Positions 11,555 through 25,879 of a stretch of 64,000 nucleotides of DNA are shown in pieces. The position numbers and the translations under genes are program-made. The notes under the pieces are model-generated. The model made no database searches. It had not been told where the DNA came from and was given only the letters and a program-made list of their open reading frames with translations. Each line of letters starts with the position of its first letter. The stretch's first letter is position 1. The DNA comes from Eledone cirrhosa (lineage: Eukaryota): positions 49,972,001 through 50,036,000 of the forward strand of contig OZ024745.1 in the NCBI GenBank assembly GCA_964016885.1. Reading direction: 5' to 3'.

Positions 11555-13868
11555 TGACTTCATGGATGATTTCTTCCTGTCCCAACTGGTGCTCGAACCA
11601 ACGAGGTGCCACAAAAACGTCCTAGACTTAATTTTCAGCAATCACACTGACACTATTCACAATATTGCAGTGGAGAAAACTCTACTCTCTGATCATGACA
11701 TGGTTCTCTGTGATCTGAGATTCCACCGTCCAATATACAAACCCATTGTCATCTCTCCTGTCCATCCGTTTGACGCTATGGATTTCCACAATGCAAACTG
11801 GGAAGCGATTAGTCATGATCTTGCACATGTCGACTGGTCCTTCACGCACACTCACACACCCACTAACATCAAAAAGTCCTGGCAGACATTTGTGGACACT
11901 GTTACAAACATATGTGCAAAACAGACCCCATTAAGAACTATAAACAAATCTAAGAGCAGAATCCCTAGAAATAGAAAAACGCTCATCAGGAAAATTAAGA
12001 GAACTAACAAAAAAAATCAACAAGCTGAAATAATGTCAGCAGCAACACATCAACTTGACTGCCATTTCATCACTAGAGATTAAAAAACATAACTTCCAAA
12101 ACAATATGATGTCTATCATCAACAATCAGAGAAGAGCTGAAGAGGCCTGGGCCATTGAGAAGATCAAACTCAATCCCAAAGTGTTCTTTTCATTTGCAAA
12201 AAAACACAAAATCACTGGCTCTACTGTTGGCCCTCTAATTGATGAAAATGGCACTCTTCAAGACAATGCTAAAACCATGGGTGAGATACTGCAGAAACAA
12301 TACTGCTCTGTTTTCAGCAATCCTGATATGGCCGATCTGGGCTGTATCGGTGATGTTACTCCCCATTACACCTTATCGGACATAACATTTGGCGCCCCTG
12401 ATGTCTTAGCGGCAATAAAGGAAATCAAGCATAATTCAGCAGTAGGTCCTGATAGGTTCCCTGCTTGTGTCTTGAAGGCGTGTCAACACCAATTTGCATC
12501 TCCTCTTGCCAATCTGTGGCGGAACTCACTGGCGGAACTGCTGGATATGTGCCAGAAAACCTTCTATCCCAGTCTGTTGTCCCAGTTTTCAAAAAAGGTA
12601 ACAAATCCCTTGCCTGAATTACCGTCCAATCTCACTCACCTCTCATATCATTAAGGTATTTGAGAGAGTGGTGAGATCGCGAATGACTCACTTCCTTGAG
12701 AGTAACAATATGCTGAACTCCAACCAGCATGGATTCCGTAATGGAAGGGATTGCCTGACGCAGCTACTGCATCACTTTGATGACATTTTGAGAGCCTTGG
12801 GAGAGGGTTCCAACACTGATGTTATCTACCTTGATTTCAGCAAGGCCTTTGACAGGGTTGATCACAACATTCTACTGAGAAAGCTGTCCAATATTGGTGT
12901 CACTGGAAAGCTGCTGCAGTGGATCAAGAGCTTCCTGTCAAACAGAACCCAACATGTTGTAGTCGAAGGAATCAAATCCAGCCCAGCCAAAGTCAGTAGT
13001 GGGGTCCCACAAGGCACTGTGTTGGGCCCACTTCTCTTCATCATCTATATTAATGACATCACTGACATCATCAAACACAGCAACATTAGAATTTTCGCTG
13101 ATGATTCCAAGCTCCAAAAGGTCATCAATGGCGTGGATGACCGGATAAACCTTCAGTCAGACCTACTGGCTGTAACCCAATGGGCGGAAAAGAACAACAT
13201 GTTACTGAACGAATACAAATTCGAACTGATCCACTTTGGAAAAGAGGATGCTCTGAAACTCCCGTACTCCCTTCCCTCCGGTGAAACTCTCGTGGCATCT
13301 AACAACATCAGAGACTTGGGAGTAACCGTGGAGAGCAACATAAGCTGGGCCACGCATATAAGCAGCAAAGTTGACATGGCCCGCAGAATGTGTTCCTGGA
13401 TCCTCAGAACCTTCCAGTCGAGATATTCCCACACCATTATCCTTCTCTTCTCTACTTTTGCCCGACCACACCTTGAATACTGTTGTCCACTGTGGTCTCC
13501 CCACACGAAACAAAGTATCATGAAACTTGAAGCTCCCCAAAGGGCAATCACGAAAAAGATAGATGGCATGTCAGACCTTGACTACTGGGGTCGACTAGAA
13601 AAGCTGAAACTTTTCTCACTCCAACGTCGCTGTGAGCGTTATATTATCTGCATGATGTGGAAAATGTTTCATCAGCACTGCCCAAATGATGTTGGCATCA
13701 CCTTCAAAATACACCCAAGGCTTGGGCCCCGTGCTATCTGTCCCAAACAAAAATCTAAATCGCAACTCATAACAACAATACGGCACAATTATTTCACCAG
13801 GACACGTCAAAACAGAAACTGACCACACAAAATTCAAGAGGTCTTTGGAAAAATTCCTCCAAGTAATC
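11555..13868 (+). mobile_element. CR1-clade LINE ORF2 remnant (partial APE + RT, frameshifted)
   Basis: PTR..VLDLIF..SDH (APE end), GPDRFP, QHGFRNGR, YLDFSKAFD, SGVPQGTVLGP, FADD and LEYCCPLWSP across ORFs 11562-13822. Confidence 0.92.
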
Positions 13869-14504
13869 CCGTATTTATATATCTATATCCAACATTAAGA
13901 TAAATAATATGTATATATTGTATATCTTAATTTTGGATATAGATATATAAATACGGCTCCTTAATTGTAGAGCTAACTCTGTTGAAAGGACTCGACTGCT
14001 GTTTCTAGTTGTCGATAACCGTATTCACGCCACTTGGACGAAGCTACTATGATGTGTGTATTTCTAGTAAATACTACACGTGGTGATGGCCAGTCGCTGA
14101 TTTGAACTTGAAGTGTAAGCACGGATTGCTGGAACTTCTTCCATATTGAAAATCCAAGTCCCCGCTTCCGTGGTTTACCATCCGATTAATTGGTGAAATA
14201 TATTTCTTTAATGGAATATATACAGGGAAGATTAATCATATTATAAAGTATCTATTTTTGAAGTTCTAGTGAACTTTATTTAGTTACCTACCTAGCTATG
14301 TGTGGTTACACACTTGTAAAAATTATCTCCTGTGATTATTCATGTTTATATATATGTTAATCAATTTCTAGTTATTATAAAATGCTCGGACCTACTCATT
14401 AGAATCTTAGAGATTATTTTCCGGGTGATATGGCGCATGTCTTTCTGGCATGACACCCATAATTTTGATTTAGATTAAATTCATTTAATTTATCTTAATT
14501 TTGG

Positions 14505-14510
<6 letters not shown>
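13869..14510. mobile_element. Short non-coding element with a terminal hairpin (13869-13956) and a direct repeat of the hairpin arm at its far end; PLE-like
   Basis: CCGTATTTATATATCTATATCCAA / TTGGATATAGATATATAAATACGG. TATCTTAATTTTGGATATA recurs at ~14491-14509, just before (TA)n. Confidence 0.55.
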
Positions 14511-14881
<371 letters not shown>

Positions 14882-15231
14882 TTACTGCGTCACGCAGTAA
14901 TACAGGGTACCCGACCTCCCATGGGTACATGCTGAAGCATATAAACAATATGCCCCCCACCGCAAGGTGGTCGTGGAGGTGCCACGGCAAAAAAGCACCC
15001 AGCCCACACTGTAAAGTGGACGTGTAGGCGCCACGAAAAAGCACCCAGCACTCACTGTAAATGAGGTTGGTGTTAGGAAGGGCATCCAGCTGTAGAAATC
15101 AAGCCAGATCAGTTCCTGTATGAGCAAGGCATGGTCAGCCGACCAGACACTGCCCACAACAGGACAACCCGTCTAACCCATGCTAGCGTGGAAGAACGGA
15201 CGTAAAACGGTGATGATGATGATGATGATGA
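14882..15231 (+). mobile_element. 3' end of RTE family B (3' UTR + (GAT)n tail)
   Basis: Matches 19640-19985 and 35245-35602. Confidence 0.9.
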
Positions 15232-15248
15232 TACATATATATATATAC

Positions 15249-15279
<31 letters not shown>

Positions 15280-15280
15280 C

Positions 15281-15327
<47 letters not shown>

Positions 15328-15415
15328 CATATATATACATATATATATATATATACATATATATACATATATATATATACATATATATATATACATATAT
15401 ATATATATACGTATA

Positions 15416-15472
<57 letters not shown>

Positions 15473-15495
15473 ATATATACATTTATATATATACG

Positions 15496-15546
<51 letters not shown>

Positions 15547-15547
<1 letters not shown>

Positions 15548-16065
15548 AGTATGTATGTATACGTACATACATATATGTATACAGACGTACAGTAGCATGC
15601 ATATATATATATATATATATATACATATATACATACAAGTACACATACATATATGCACGTATCAGTTTAGCGGACGCTTATTATAACGCCCGCTTTGTTC
15701 GTTTGTAAACAAACTGAACAGCCTGAATTTATGCCGTACGGTGTTAAGGCAACCACGTCACCTTTTTGTTCAACACTGACACAGGAACGATGTACTAGTT
15801 TCAAGCTTGTTAGCTATCATCAGCACCGTATACCCTTCTGCCAGATGGTTGAATCTTCGAAAGTATATACTTTCCTTATGAAAATTAATGGCTGAGCAGC
15901 CTAATTTGCATATCGAGTGAGTTCAGACGGCCAGGCGTACCGAAAACGATAAGTTGTAATAAAATGAAAACGAAATTTCATTTCTCACTCTAAATAGGGC
16001 ACTTACTTAAATGTAAGTATGTATGTATACGTACATACATATATGTATACAGATGTACAGTAGCA

Positions 16066-16121
<56 letters not shown>

Positions 16122-16159
16122 TACATACTGATATGTGCATATATGTATGTGTACCTGTA

Positions 16160-16239
<80 letters not shown>

Positions 16240-16326
16240 TGCTACTGTACGTCTGTATACGTATATGTATGTACGTATACATACATACTTACATTTAAGT
16301 AAGTGCCGTACTAAGAGTGAGAAATG
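15547..16326. mobile_element. PLE-like non-coding element with direct plus inverted termini
   Basis: AAGTATGTATGTATACGTAC...GTAGCATGC occurs at 15547 and ~16015, and inverted at ~16236-16290. Inverted arms run ~15979-16070 / 16235-16326. Contains a hammerhead. Confidence 0.6.
15787..15829 (-). ncRNA. Minimal type I hammerhead ribozyme, canonical core
   Basis: Reverse complement ACGGTG-CTGATGA-TAGCT AACA AGCTT-GAAA-CTAG-TA-CATCGT; palindromic ACTAGT stem III; GUA triplet. Confidence 0.8.
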
Positions 16327-17640
16327 CAAGAGAGGTTCTTAGAGAAGAATAAGCCACTATACTTAGCCTTTGTTGACCTAGAGAAGGCCTTTGATAGGGT
16401 ACCCCGATCTGTCATCTGGTGGTCCCTAAGGAAGCTAGGTGTTGAGGAATGGCTTGTGAGGACAGTGCAAACCTTGTACAGAGGTACTCTCAGTAAAGTC
16501 AGGGTAGGAATTGAGTTTAGTGAGGAATTCCAGATACAAGTAGGAGTACATCAGGGTTCGGTCCTCAGCCCGCTCTTGTTCATTATAGTCCTCCAAGCCA
16601 TAACAGAGGAGTTTAAGACTGGCTGTCCATGGGAACTTCTCTATGCTGACGATCTGGTTCTTATAGTAGAATCAGTAGAGGAGCTAGAGAATAAATTCTG
16701 GCTATGGAAACAGCAGTTGGAAGCAAAAGGACTGAGAGTGAATCTAGCTAAGACAAAAGTGTTGATGAGTAGAAAAGAGGACAAAACCCTGATTCCATCA
16801 GGGAAATGGCCATGTTCGATATGCAGAAAGGGAACTGGCATAAATTCTATAAAATGCACACAATGCAGATCCTGGGTACACAAGAGATGTAGCGGGATAG
16901 CAGGCAAACTAAAAGGTAGGGAGAAATATGTATGCAGTAGATGTACAGGGAAATTAGACAGTAGAAGTCGCACTGATAGACACATTTTTCAAATGCAAGA
17001 GGGCGCTATAGAAGTGGTGGATAGCTTCCGGTACCTAGGAGATCAGATTAGCATGGGAGGAGGGTGTTCCGAGGCCATAGTATCTAGAATAAGGACGGGT
17101 TGGAAGAAGTTTAGGGAGCTGCTTCCTCTGTTGACGAAGAAGGGTTTCTCCCTGCGTACGAAAGGCCGGTTGTATGATGCCTGTGTGAGGAGCGCGATGC
17201 TGCATGGTAGTGAGACATGGGCAGCAACTGCAGAGGATATGCGACGGCTGGAGAGAAATGAGGCAAGCATGCTCCGTTGGATGTGCAGTGTAAATGTGCG
17301 TGAACGACCCAGCATAAATGTGTTGAGAGAGAAACTGTGTCTGAGAGGGATAGAATGTAGTGTACGGGAGAGGAGACTGAGGTGGTATGGACATGTGATG
17401 CGCATGGAGGATGACCGATGGGTGAAGTGCCAGGAAATGCCAGTTGAAGGAAGACGTGGTAGAGATAGACCACGAAAAACATGGGCGGAGGTGGTGAGAA
17501 CAGACCTCAGATCATTGAAGCTCACGGTGGAGATGACGAGGGACCGTGACAAGTGGAGAGATGCTGTGCTGAATAAGACCCGTCCCACCCTTGCAAGCAG
17601 GGAAAAGCGGACGTAAAATGATGATGATGATGATGATGAT
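16322..17640 (+). mobile_element. 5'-truncated RTE family A copy
   Basis: Near-identical to 3871-5204; ORF 16324-17616; (GAT)n tail. Confidence 0.95.
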
Positions 17641-17659
17641 ATATATATATATATATATA

Positions 17660-19985
17660 CAATAAGGTAGATGAAGCAGTCAAGGCCAAGAGACAGGCAT
17701 GGAAAGAATGGAAGAACGGGGGGAGCAGGGTACATTACATAGAGACCAAGAGGGAAGCTAGGCGACAAGTATACTTAGCTAGGAGGGAAGCAGAGGATAG
17801 AAAATTCAAGCATGTTTTACAACGTGAGGACCAGAAACAGGAGGTATTCAAGATTGCGAGGCAGTGTGTCAGAGATAGTTGTGATGTCATTGGAGAGAAG
17901 TGTATCCGGAATGATAAAGGTGAGCTTGCCCTCACAAGTGCTGAGAAGAAAGATGCATGGAAGAGTCATTATGATAGATTACTAAATGAGGAGAATGCAT
18001 GGGAAGAAGAGACCCTACCCCACGTAGACCCTATAGAGGGACCAGCAGTACAAGTCAGCGGCAGCGTAGTAAGTAAGGCAACCGGTCCATCGGGTATAGC
18101 TGCCGAGATGCTGAAGGCATCTGGGTCTGTAGGTCACACTATAACCACACGTATCGTTAACCAGGTAATACTAGAGGGGGCCATACCAAAAGATTGGTGC
18201 AGTAGCATCATTGTCAACTGCTACAAAGGTAAAGGCGATGCACTAGATAGAGGAAACTATAGAGGTATAAAGTTGATGGACCAGGTCATGAAAGTAACAG
18301 AAAGAGTTATAGCACAGCTGATTAGGGACCGGGTGAATATAGACGAGATGCAATTTGGGTTTGTACCAGGGAAAGACACCACTGATGCCCTCTTCCTTGT
18401 GAGGCAATTACAGGAAAAGTACCTAGCTAAAAGTAAGCCACTCTACTTGGCATTTGTCGACCTTGAGAAAGCCTTTGACAGAGTTCCACGTGCAGTAATC
18501 TGGTGGGCTCTTAGAAAACTAGGAGTAGATGAATGGCTTGTGAAAGCGGTACAAGCCATGTATAGGGGAGCAGTCAGCAAAGTTAGGATTAGCAATGAGT
18601 ATAGCGAGGAATTTAGCGTACAGGTTGGCGTCCACCAGGGCTCTGTTCTTAGCCCTCTCCTGTTCATCATAGTCTTGCAGGCAATAACGGAGGAGTTTAA
18701 GACCGGATGCCCATGGGAACTCCTGTATGCTGATGACCTCGCACTCATAGCTGAATCTATGGTAGAACTAGAGAATAAATTCCAAACCTGGAAGTAGGGA
18801 CTAGAGAGAAAGGGCCTCAAAGTCAACATGACAAAGACTAAGGTCCTTATAAGTAGACGAGAAAACAGAACCCAGATCCCCTCAGGGAAATGGCCTTGCT
18901 CAGTATGTAGGAAAGGTGTAGGTAGGAACTCCATTCTCTGCCCCAAATGCAAACAATGGGTACACAAGAGATGTAGCGGGATCTCAGGAAGCTTAATTAA
19001 GAATGTAGGATTCACATGCAGCAGCTGTGCTGAAACAGCAAGCAAACAGCCACAGGAAACAAGTACCACCAATCTCTGGGAGGGCCCTGTAGAAACAGTA
19101 GACAGCTTCTGCAACCTAGGTGACCGAATTAGCAACGGAGGTGGGTGCTCAGAAAGTACAATAACTAGGGTAAGAACGGGATGGAAGAAGTTTAGGGAAC
19201 TACTACCACTGCTAGCTGCAAAAGGCTTCTCCCTCAGAATGAAAGGCAGACTGTATGATGCGTGTATCCGAACAGCGATGTTGCATGGTAGTGAGACCTG
19301 GGCGCTGAAGGTGGAAGACTTACGTAGATTAGAGAGAAACGAAGCCTGCATGCTCCGATGGATGTGTAACAGTAATATACGTGAACGACAAAGCATAAAG
19401 GAATTGAGAGAGAGACTGAGCATAAGAGGAATCAAATGCTGCGTGCAGGAGAGGCGGTTACGCTGGTATGGACATGTGATGCGTATGTAGGATGACAGCT
19501 GCATAAAAAGGTGCAGAGCACTAGAGGTTGATGGAGACCGCGGAGTGGGGAGACCCAAGATGACTTGGGATGAGGTGATAAAAGCCGACCTTACCCAACT
19601 ACACCTCTCAAAGTCAATGACACACGACCGTGACTTCTGGCGTCACGCAGTAATGGGTACCCGACCTCCCATGGGTACATGCTGAAGCATATAAACAATA
19701 TGCCCCCCCCCCACCGCAAGGTGGTCGTGGAGGTGCCACGGCAAAAAAGCACCCAGCCCACACTGTAAAGTGGACGTGTAGGCGCCACGAAAAAGCACCC
19801 AGCACTCACTGTAAATGAGGTTGGTGTTAGGAAGGGCATCCAGCTGTAGAAATCAAGCCAGATCAGTTCCTGTATGAGCAAGGCATGGTCAGCCGACCAG
19901 ACACTGCCCACAACAGGACAATCCGTCTAACCCATGCTAGCATGGAAGAACGGACGTAAAACGGTGATGATGATGATGATGATGA
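17660..19985 (+). mobile_element. 5'-truncated RTE family B LINE (RT + PHD-like finger, premature stops, 3' UTR)
   Basis: ORFs 18108-18797 and 18828-19490 are homologous to family A. The 3' UTR contains GTTGGTGTTAGGAAGGGCATCCAGCTGTAGAAA and a (GAT)n tail. Confidence 0.93.
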
Positions 19986-20006
19986 TATATATATATACAT
20001 ATATTC

Positions 20007-20037
<31 letters not shown>

Positions 20038-20038
20038 C

Positions 20039-20085
<47 letters not shown>

Positions 20086-20112
20086 TATATACATATACAT
20101 ATATATATATAC

Positions 20113-20146
<34 letters not shown>

Positions 20147-20228
20147 CATAAATATATATATATATATATATCCTTTATATATATATATATATACATAAAT
20201 ATATATATATATATATCCTTTATATATA

Positions 20229-22279
20229 TCATCATCATCAACGTATAACGTCCGTGTTCCACGCTTGCATGGGTTTGGACGGGGGTTTTCCCACTTGAGG
20301 CAAGAGTTATTGTCTTGCTCGCATAGGACTGTCTGGCAGGTTTTCTACAGTTGGATGCCCTTCCTAACACCAACCACATTTACAGTGTGGGTCTGGGAGG
20401 TTTTTACCGTGTTGCCTACACGGCCACATTACAGCGTGGACTGTGTGTTTTTTTGTCGTGACACCTACACGATCTTATTTGTTTCGGCCTGGATGGTGTG
20501 GCACCAACATAACTTTACATAGAAGGGGGGCGGTGTGGATGGGGTGGGTGTGGGGGTGTATTTTGTTAGAGATGCCTACTGACTGTAGTAGGTTTTACTT
20601 TGTATTTAGGTAAGGCGGGTCTTCTCTATTACTGAGTGTGTGAGGTCGGAGTTTATCAGCTCGTCCCAGGTTTTTCTGGGTCTGCCTATTCCGTGGCGAC
20701 CGTCTATCTTTATTGCCCTGCACTTTGTTATACAGCTATCGTCCTTCATGTGCATCATGTGACCATACCAACGTAGCCTTCTCTCGAGTAAGCAACATCT
20801 GATCCCTCTTATTTCTAATTTTTTCCTTAGTTCGTTTATGCTTTGTCGTTCACGTATATTACTATTACACATCCAGCGGAGCATGCAAGCTTCGTTTCTC
20901 TCTAGTCTGCGTATATCCTCTGCACACAATGCCCAGGTCTCACTGCCATGCAACATTGCTGTTCGTATGCAGGCATCGTACAACCTGCCTTTCATTTTTA
21001 GGGAGAACCCTTTAGCGGCTAATACTGGTATAAGCTCTCTGAACTTTTTCCACCCAGTTCTGACTCTAGCTACTGTACTTGCTGATTTTGTCACCCAGGT
21101 AACGGAAGCTGTCCACTATTTCTATAGAACCCTCTACGCAGTTGAAAGAGCTAGTATTTGTGGGCACTTGCTGCTACTTATTGCCCCAGAACACCGGCCA
21201 CATGTAAAATCTATGTTCTTAGTTAGCTTACCTGTGATCCCACTACATCTTTTATGCATTTGGGACACAAAATGGAATTTCTACCTACGCCTTTCCTACA
21301 CTCTTCGCATGGCCACTTCCCGGAGGGGACCGCCGCCTTATTTTCTTTCTTACAAACTAGAACTTTAGTCTTAGCCAGGTTAATTTTAAGGCCTTTTGAT
21401 TCTAGGCCGTGCTTCCATGTTTGGAATTTCTTCTCTAGCTCGGCCATTGATTCAGCTATGAGCGTTAGATCATCTGCGTATAGGAGTTCTCATGGGCAGC
21501 CGGTCTTGAACTCCACTGTTATAGCCTGGAGGGCAATAATAAATAGTAGGGGGCTAAGAACAGAGCCCTGATGAACACCAACTTTTACACTAAACTCTTC
21601 ACTATATTCGTTGTTAATTCTAACCTTGCTGACTGTTTCTTTATACATGGCTTGTATAGCTCTCACAAGCCATTCATCAACACCTAGTTTTCTAAGAGCC
21701 CACCAGATAATGGAACGGGGGACTCTGTCGAAGGCCTTCTCCAAGTCGACGAAAGCTAAGTATAGGGGCTTACTTTTAGGTAGGTACTTCTCCTGTAGTT
21801 GTCGTACAATGAAAAGAGCGTCTGTGGTACTTTTTCCTGACACAAACCCGAACTGCATTTCATCTAGATCAATTCGCTCTCTGATTAGTTGCGCTATTAC
21901 TTTTTCCGTGACCTTCATGACCTGGTCGATTAATTTAATGCCTCTATAGTTACTCCTATCTAGGGCGTCTCCTTTACCCTTATAACAGTTAACGATGATG
22001 CTGCTACGCCAGTCCTTCGGAACAACCCCATGCTGTATGACTTGGTTGACTACCCGGGTGACCATGGTGTGTCCCACCGTACCAGATGCCTTCAGCATCT
22101 CGGCAACTATTTCCGAAGGCCCAGCCGCCTTGCCCGTCTTCATATCTTTGATTGCCTTACTTATTATACTACCCTCGACTAACACTGCTGGTCCCTCTAT
22201 TGGGTCAATATGGGGGAGACTGTCTTTCTCCCATTTATTCTCCTCATTTAGTAGCCTTTCATAGTGACACTTCCAAGCT
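20229..22279 (-). mobile_element. 5'-truncated RTE family C LINE (internal deletions)
   Basis: Minus-strand ORFs 21490-22317, 21223-21447 and 20606-21094 carry the same RT motifs; (CAT)n at 20229. Confidence 0.92.
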
Positions 22280-22375
22280 ATACATACATATATATACATA
22301 TACATATATATATACATACATATATATATGCATATATATATATATATATATATATATACAGTTTTAATATAGATG

Positions 22376-22426
22376 AGATTCTACAGGACTAGAACTGTTT
22401 CATTCATTAGAAATCATCAGGAATCT
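22376..22426 (-). ncRNA. Type I hammerhead ribozyme, canonical core
   Basis: Reverse complement AGATTC-CTGATGA-TTTC TAAT GAAT-GAAA-CAG TTCTAGTC CTG-TA-GAATCT; 6-bp stem I; GUA triplet; lies next to (TA)n. Confidence 0.8.
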
Positions 22427-22899
22427 GGGTATCACAAAGTAAAAATGGTATTTATAGGTCTCTACAAGTGGTAGGAGAGGGTGGGAAGTGGGATGGGTGC
22501 AGGTCATTGGTTGATAGAAAAGGGAATTCATTAAAAGCTAATTCTACAAAGCTATAGTTTATTTTTATTTATTTATGTTTTTAGAGTAACAAGGGCAGAC
22601 AGAATTCTATAAACAGGTTCCGGATGGCATACCAATCCTTGTCATTAAGTTTCTCTTAAGCTAACAGATGTCTATAAAATCAGTGGGGGGTCAGTCATGG
22701 TCGATAGAATTAAAGAAAAGGGAGATTCTTTAAAAGCTAAAATCATTAAGGTTCTACTAAGTGACAAAGGTCTAGAGAAATCTGCAGACAGATTCAAAAT
22801 ACTGAGTGCATATCTTACTATTATCTTCGAAATTCTCTTAAACTAATCAACTATATGCCAAAAATCAACAGACACATTCACAAAAAACAAAAAAACAAA

Positions 22900-23026
22900 C
22901 TCACTCACACACTTACGCGCAACCATAAACACACACACAAACACATATACACACATAAAAACACACACACATATATAAAAATATATTCATATACATACAT
23001 ATACATACACACATACATACACACAA

Positions 23027-23081
<55 letters not shown>

Positions 23082-23114
23082 TATATATATATACACACAT
23101 ATATATATATATAT

Positions 23115-23175
<61 letters not shown>

Positions 23176-23376
23176 TATATAAGTATATATATATATATAT
23201 ACACACACATATATATATACACATACACACACACATACACATACATACACACACACACACATATATACACATATAAATACACTCACACACATACATACAA
23301 ACACAAATATACATGTGTATACATATACACACAAATACATATAGACATATATACATACATATACACAGACACATAT

Positions 23377-23435
<59 letters not shown>

Positions 23436-23484
23436 TACACACACACATACATACATACACATATATATACACACACATACGTAT

Positions 23485-23533
<49 letters not shown>

Positions 23534-23711
23534 TATATACATATACACACACACACACATATACATATATATATATATATACATAAAAAAAACCCATACA
23601 CACACATATATACATATACACACACATACACACAAACACACACACACATATATATATATACATATATATATATACATTCATATATATAACCATATACATA
23701 TATACATATAT

Positions 23712-23754
<43 letters not shown>

Positions 23755-23802
23755 AACAAATATATACACATACAAACACACACACACACATACATACACA
23801 TA
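22900..23802. repeat. Compound (TA)/(CA)/(TACA) microsatellite
   Basis: Direct inspection. Confidence 0.95.
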
Positions 23803-23907
23803 TTTTTTTAGGAGACGATCGACTTTCGTCAAATCGGACCGAGGGAACAATGTTTCCGTTGGTCTTTCCAATTGCTAATACTATCTATCGGTCGCAACTC
23901 CATGTAG

Positions 23908-24028
23908 AAGGAGCAACGTGAAATAAAGTGTCTTGCTCAAGGACATAACGCATCGCCTGGTCCAGGAATCGAACTCACAACCTTACGATTGCGAATCCAA
24001 TTCTCTAACCACTCAGCCACACGCCTTC
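23908..24028 (-). mobile_element. tRNA-derived SINE 5' part (A/B boxes + CORE-like segment)
   Basis: Reverse complement GGCGTGTGGCTGAGTGGTTAGAG...GAGTTCGATTCC...CCTTGAGCAAGACACTTT. Confidence 0.8.
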
Positions 24029-24075
24029 ACACATACACATATATATATATATATATATACATATATATATACATA

Positions 24076-25319
24076 TCATCATCATTGTTTAACGTCCATA
24101 TTCCATGCTTGCATGGGTTTGGACGGGAGTTTTCTCACTTGAGGCAAGAGTGGTTGTCTTGCTCGCATAGGACTGTCTGGCGGGTTTTCTACAGCTGGAT
24201 GCCCTTCCTAACACCAACCACATTTACAGTGTGGAACTGGGAGGTTTTTACCGTGTTACCTACACGGCCACATTACAGCGTGGACTGTGTGTTTTTTTTG
24301 TCGTGACACCTACACGACCTCATTTGTTTCGGGCTGGATATTGTGGTACCAACATAACTTTACATTGAAAGGGGTGGTGTGGATGGGGTGGGGGTAGTGG
24401 GACGGGGGTGTATTTTGTTAGAGGTGCCTACTGACTATAGTAGGTTTCACTTTGCACTTAGGTAAGGCGGGTCTTCTCTAGTACTGTGGAGCGACAAAGA
24501 TCTCGGTCCAGTGACATTGTCTTCGAGAGGTGTAAGTGTGTGAGATCGGAATTTATCAAGTCGTCCCAGGTTTTTCTGGGTCTGCCTACTCCGTGGCTAC
24601 CGTCTATTTTTATTGCCCTGCACTTTTTTATACAGCTGTCGTCTTTCATGCGCATCACGTGACCATACCAACGTAGTCTTCTCTCGAGTAGACAACATCA
24701 GATCCCTCTTATTTCTAATTTCTCCCTTAGTTCATTTATGCTTTGCCATTCACGTATATTACTATTACACATCCAGCGGAGCATGCAAGCTTCGTTTCTC
24801 TCCAGTCTGCGTATATCCTCTGCACACAATGCCCAGGTCTCACTGCCATGTAACGTTGCTGTTCGTATGCAGGCATCATACAGCCTGCCTTTCATTTTTA
24901 GAGAGAACCCTTTAGGGGCCAATAGTGGTGTAAGCTCTCTGAACTTTTTCCATCCCGTTCTGACTCTAGCTACTGTACTTTCAGAGCACCCTCTCCCACT
25001 GCTGATTTTATCACCCAGGTAACGGAAGCTGTCCACTATTTCTATAGAACCATCTGTGCAATGGAATGAGTTAGTATTCTGTGGGTACTTGCTGCTACTT
25101 ATTGCACCAGAGCTCCGGCCACATATGAAATCTATATTCTTAGTTAGCTTACCTGTGATCCCACTACATCTTTTATGTACCCATACTCTGCATTTGGGAC
25201 ATAAAATGGAGTTTCTACCTACTCCTTTCCTACACACTGAGCATGGCCATTTCCCAGATGGGACCGGTGCCCTATTTTCCTTCCTACAAACTAGAACTTT
25301 AGTCTTAGACAAGTTAACT
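24076..25319 (-). mobile_element. 5'-truncated RTE family C copy
   Basis: Homologous to 20229-21385; ORFs 24698-25312 and 24458-24658. Confidence 0.92.
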
Positions 25320-25442
25320 TATATATATATATATATATACATGTATTGAAGTTTCCATTGAAAATTGAAAAAGTCATAGGAGTGAAGAGTGCTCTATGTA
25401 AGTACCAGAGCTAAATTTAATGTATAATAAACAATACAATAT

Positions 25443-25520
25443 AATTACCTCATTACCAGAGGTTTCCCGAATAAGACGAATACGAAAAACATCCTCATTC
25501 GTTCATCGGACAAGGCAATT
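25443..25520 (-). ncRNA. Type I hammerhead with variant CCGATGA core
   Basis: Reverse complement AATTGCCTTGT-CCGATGA-ACGAATGAGGA..TCTTATTCGG-GAAA-CC TCT GG-TA-ATGAGGTAATT; 11-bp stem I including G-U pairs. Confidence 0.75.
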
Positions 25521-25879
25521 TAAAACATAGTGACATCAGGTAGTGAAAGAAAATGGGGGAAGTAAAATGTGGAATGTGAAGATATTAGGTAAGTGAATCA
25601 AAAAGTAGGGGGGGGGGTCACTGGTGGATGTAAAGTAAAAATAAAAATAAAGTTAAAAATGAAAGTAAATCAGAAAGAGAAGTCTGTAAAGAGGATAATT
25701 TAAGGAAAGTAAAGAACAAGAGTTTATGGAGGATAAGTATCTGAAAGTGAGTTAACTTTATATGAGCTGGAAAGCAAGTGTAATTTCATGTGTGGGCAAC
25801 TGGTGAAAATTTCTGTTTTTGACTTATTTTAGTAAAAAAGTAACATATTCGATGCCAGGAAATGTGATATACATATATA

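Noticed and set aside
18443-19558. Long antisense ORFs over RTE copies (also 4592-5260 and 17043-17768)
   Set aside because: Shadow frames of RT coding sequence with no independent motifs.
23940-24028. tRNA gene (also 26190-26262)
   Set aside because: The A/B boxes run into a SINE core with no proper acceptor stem, so this is a SINE head.
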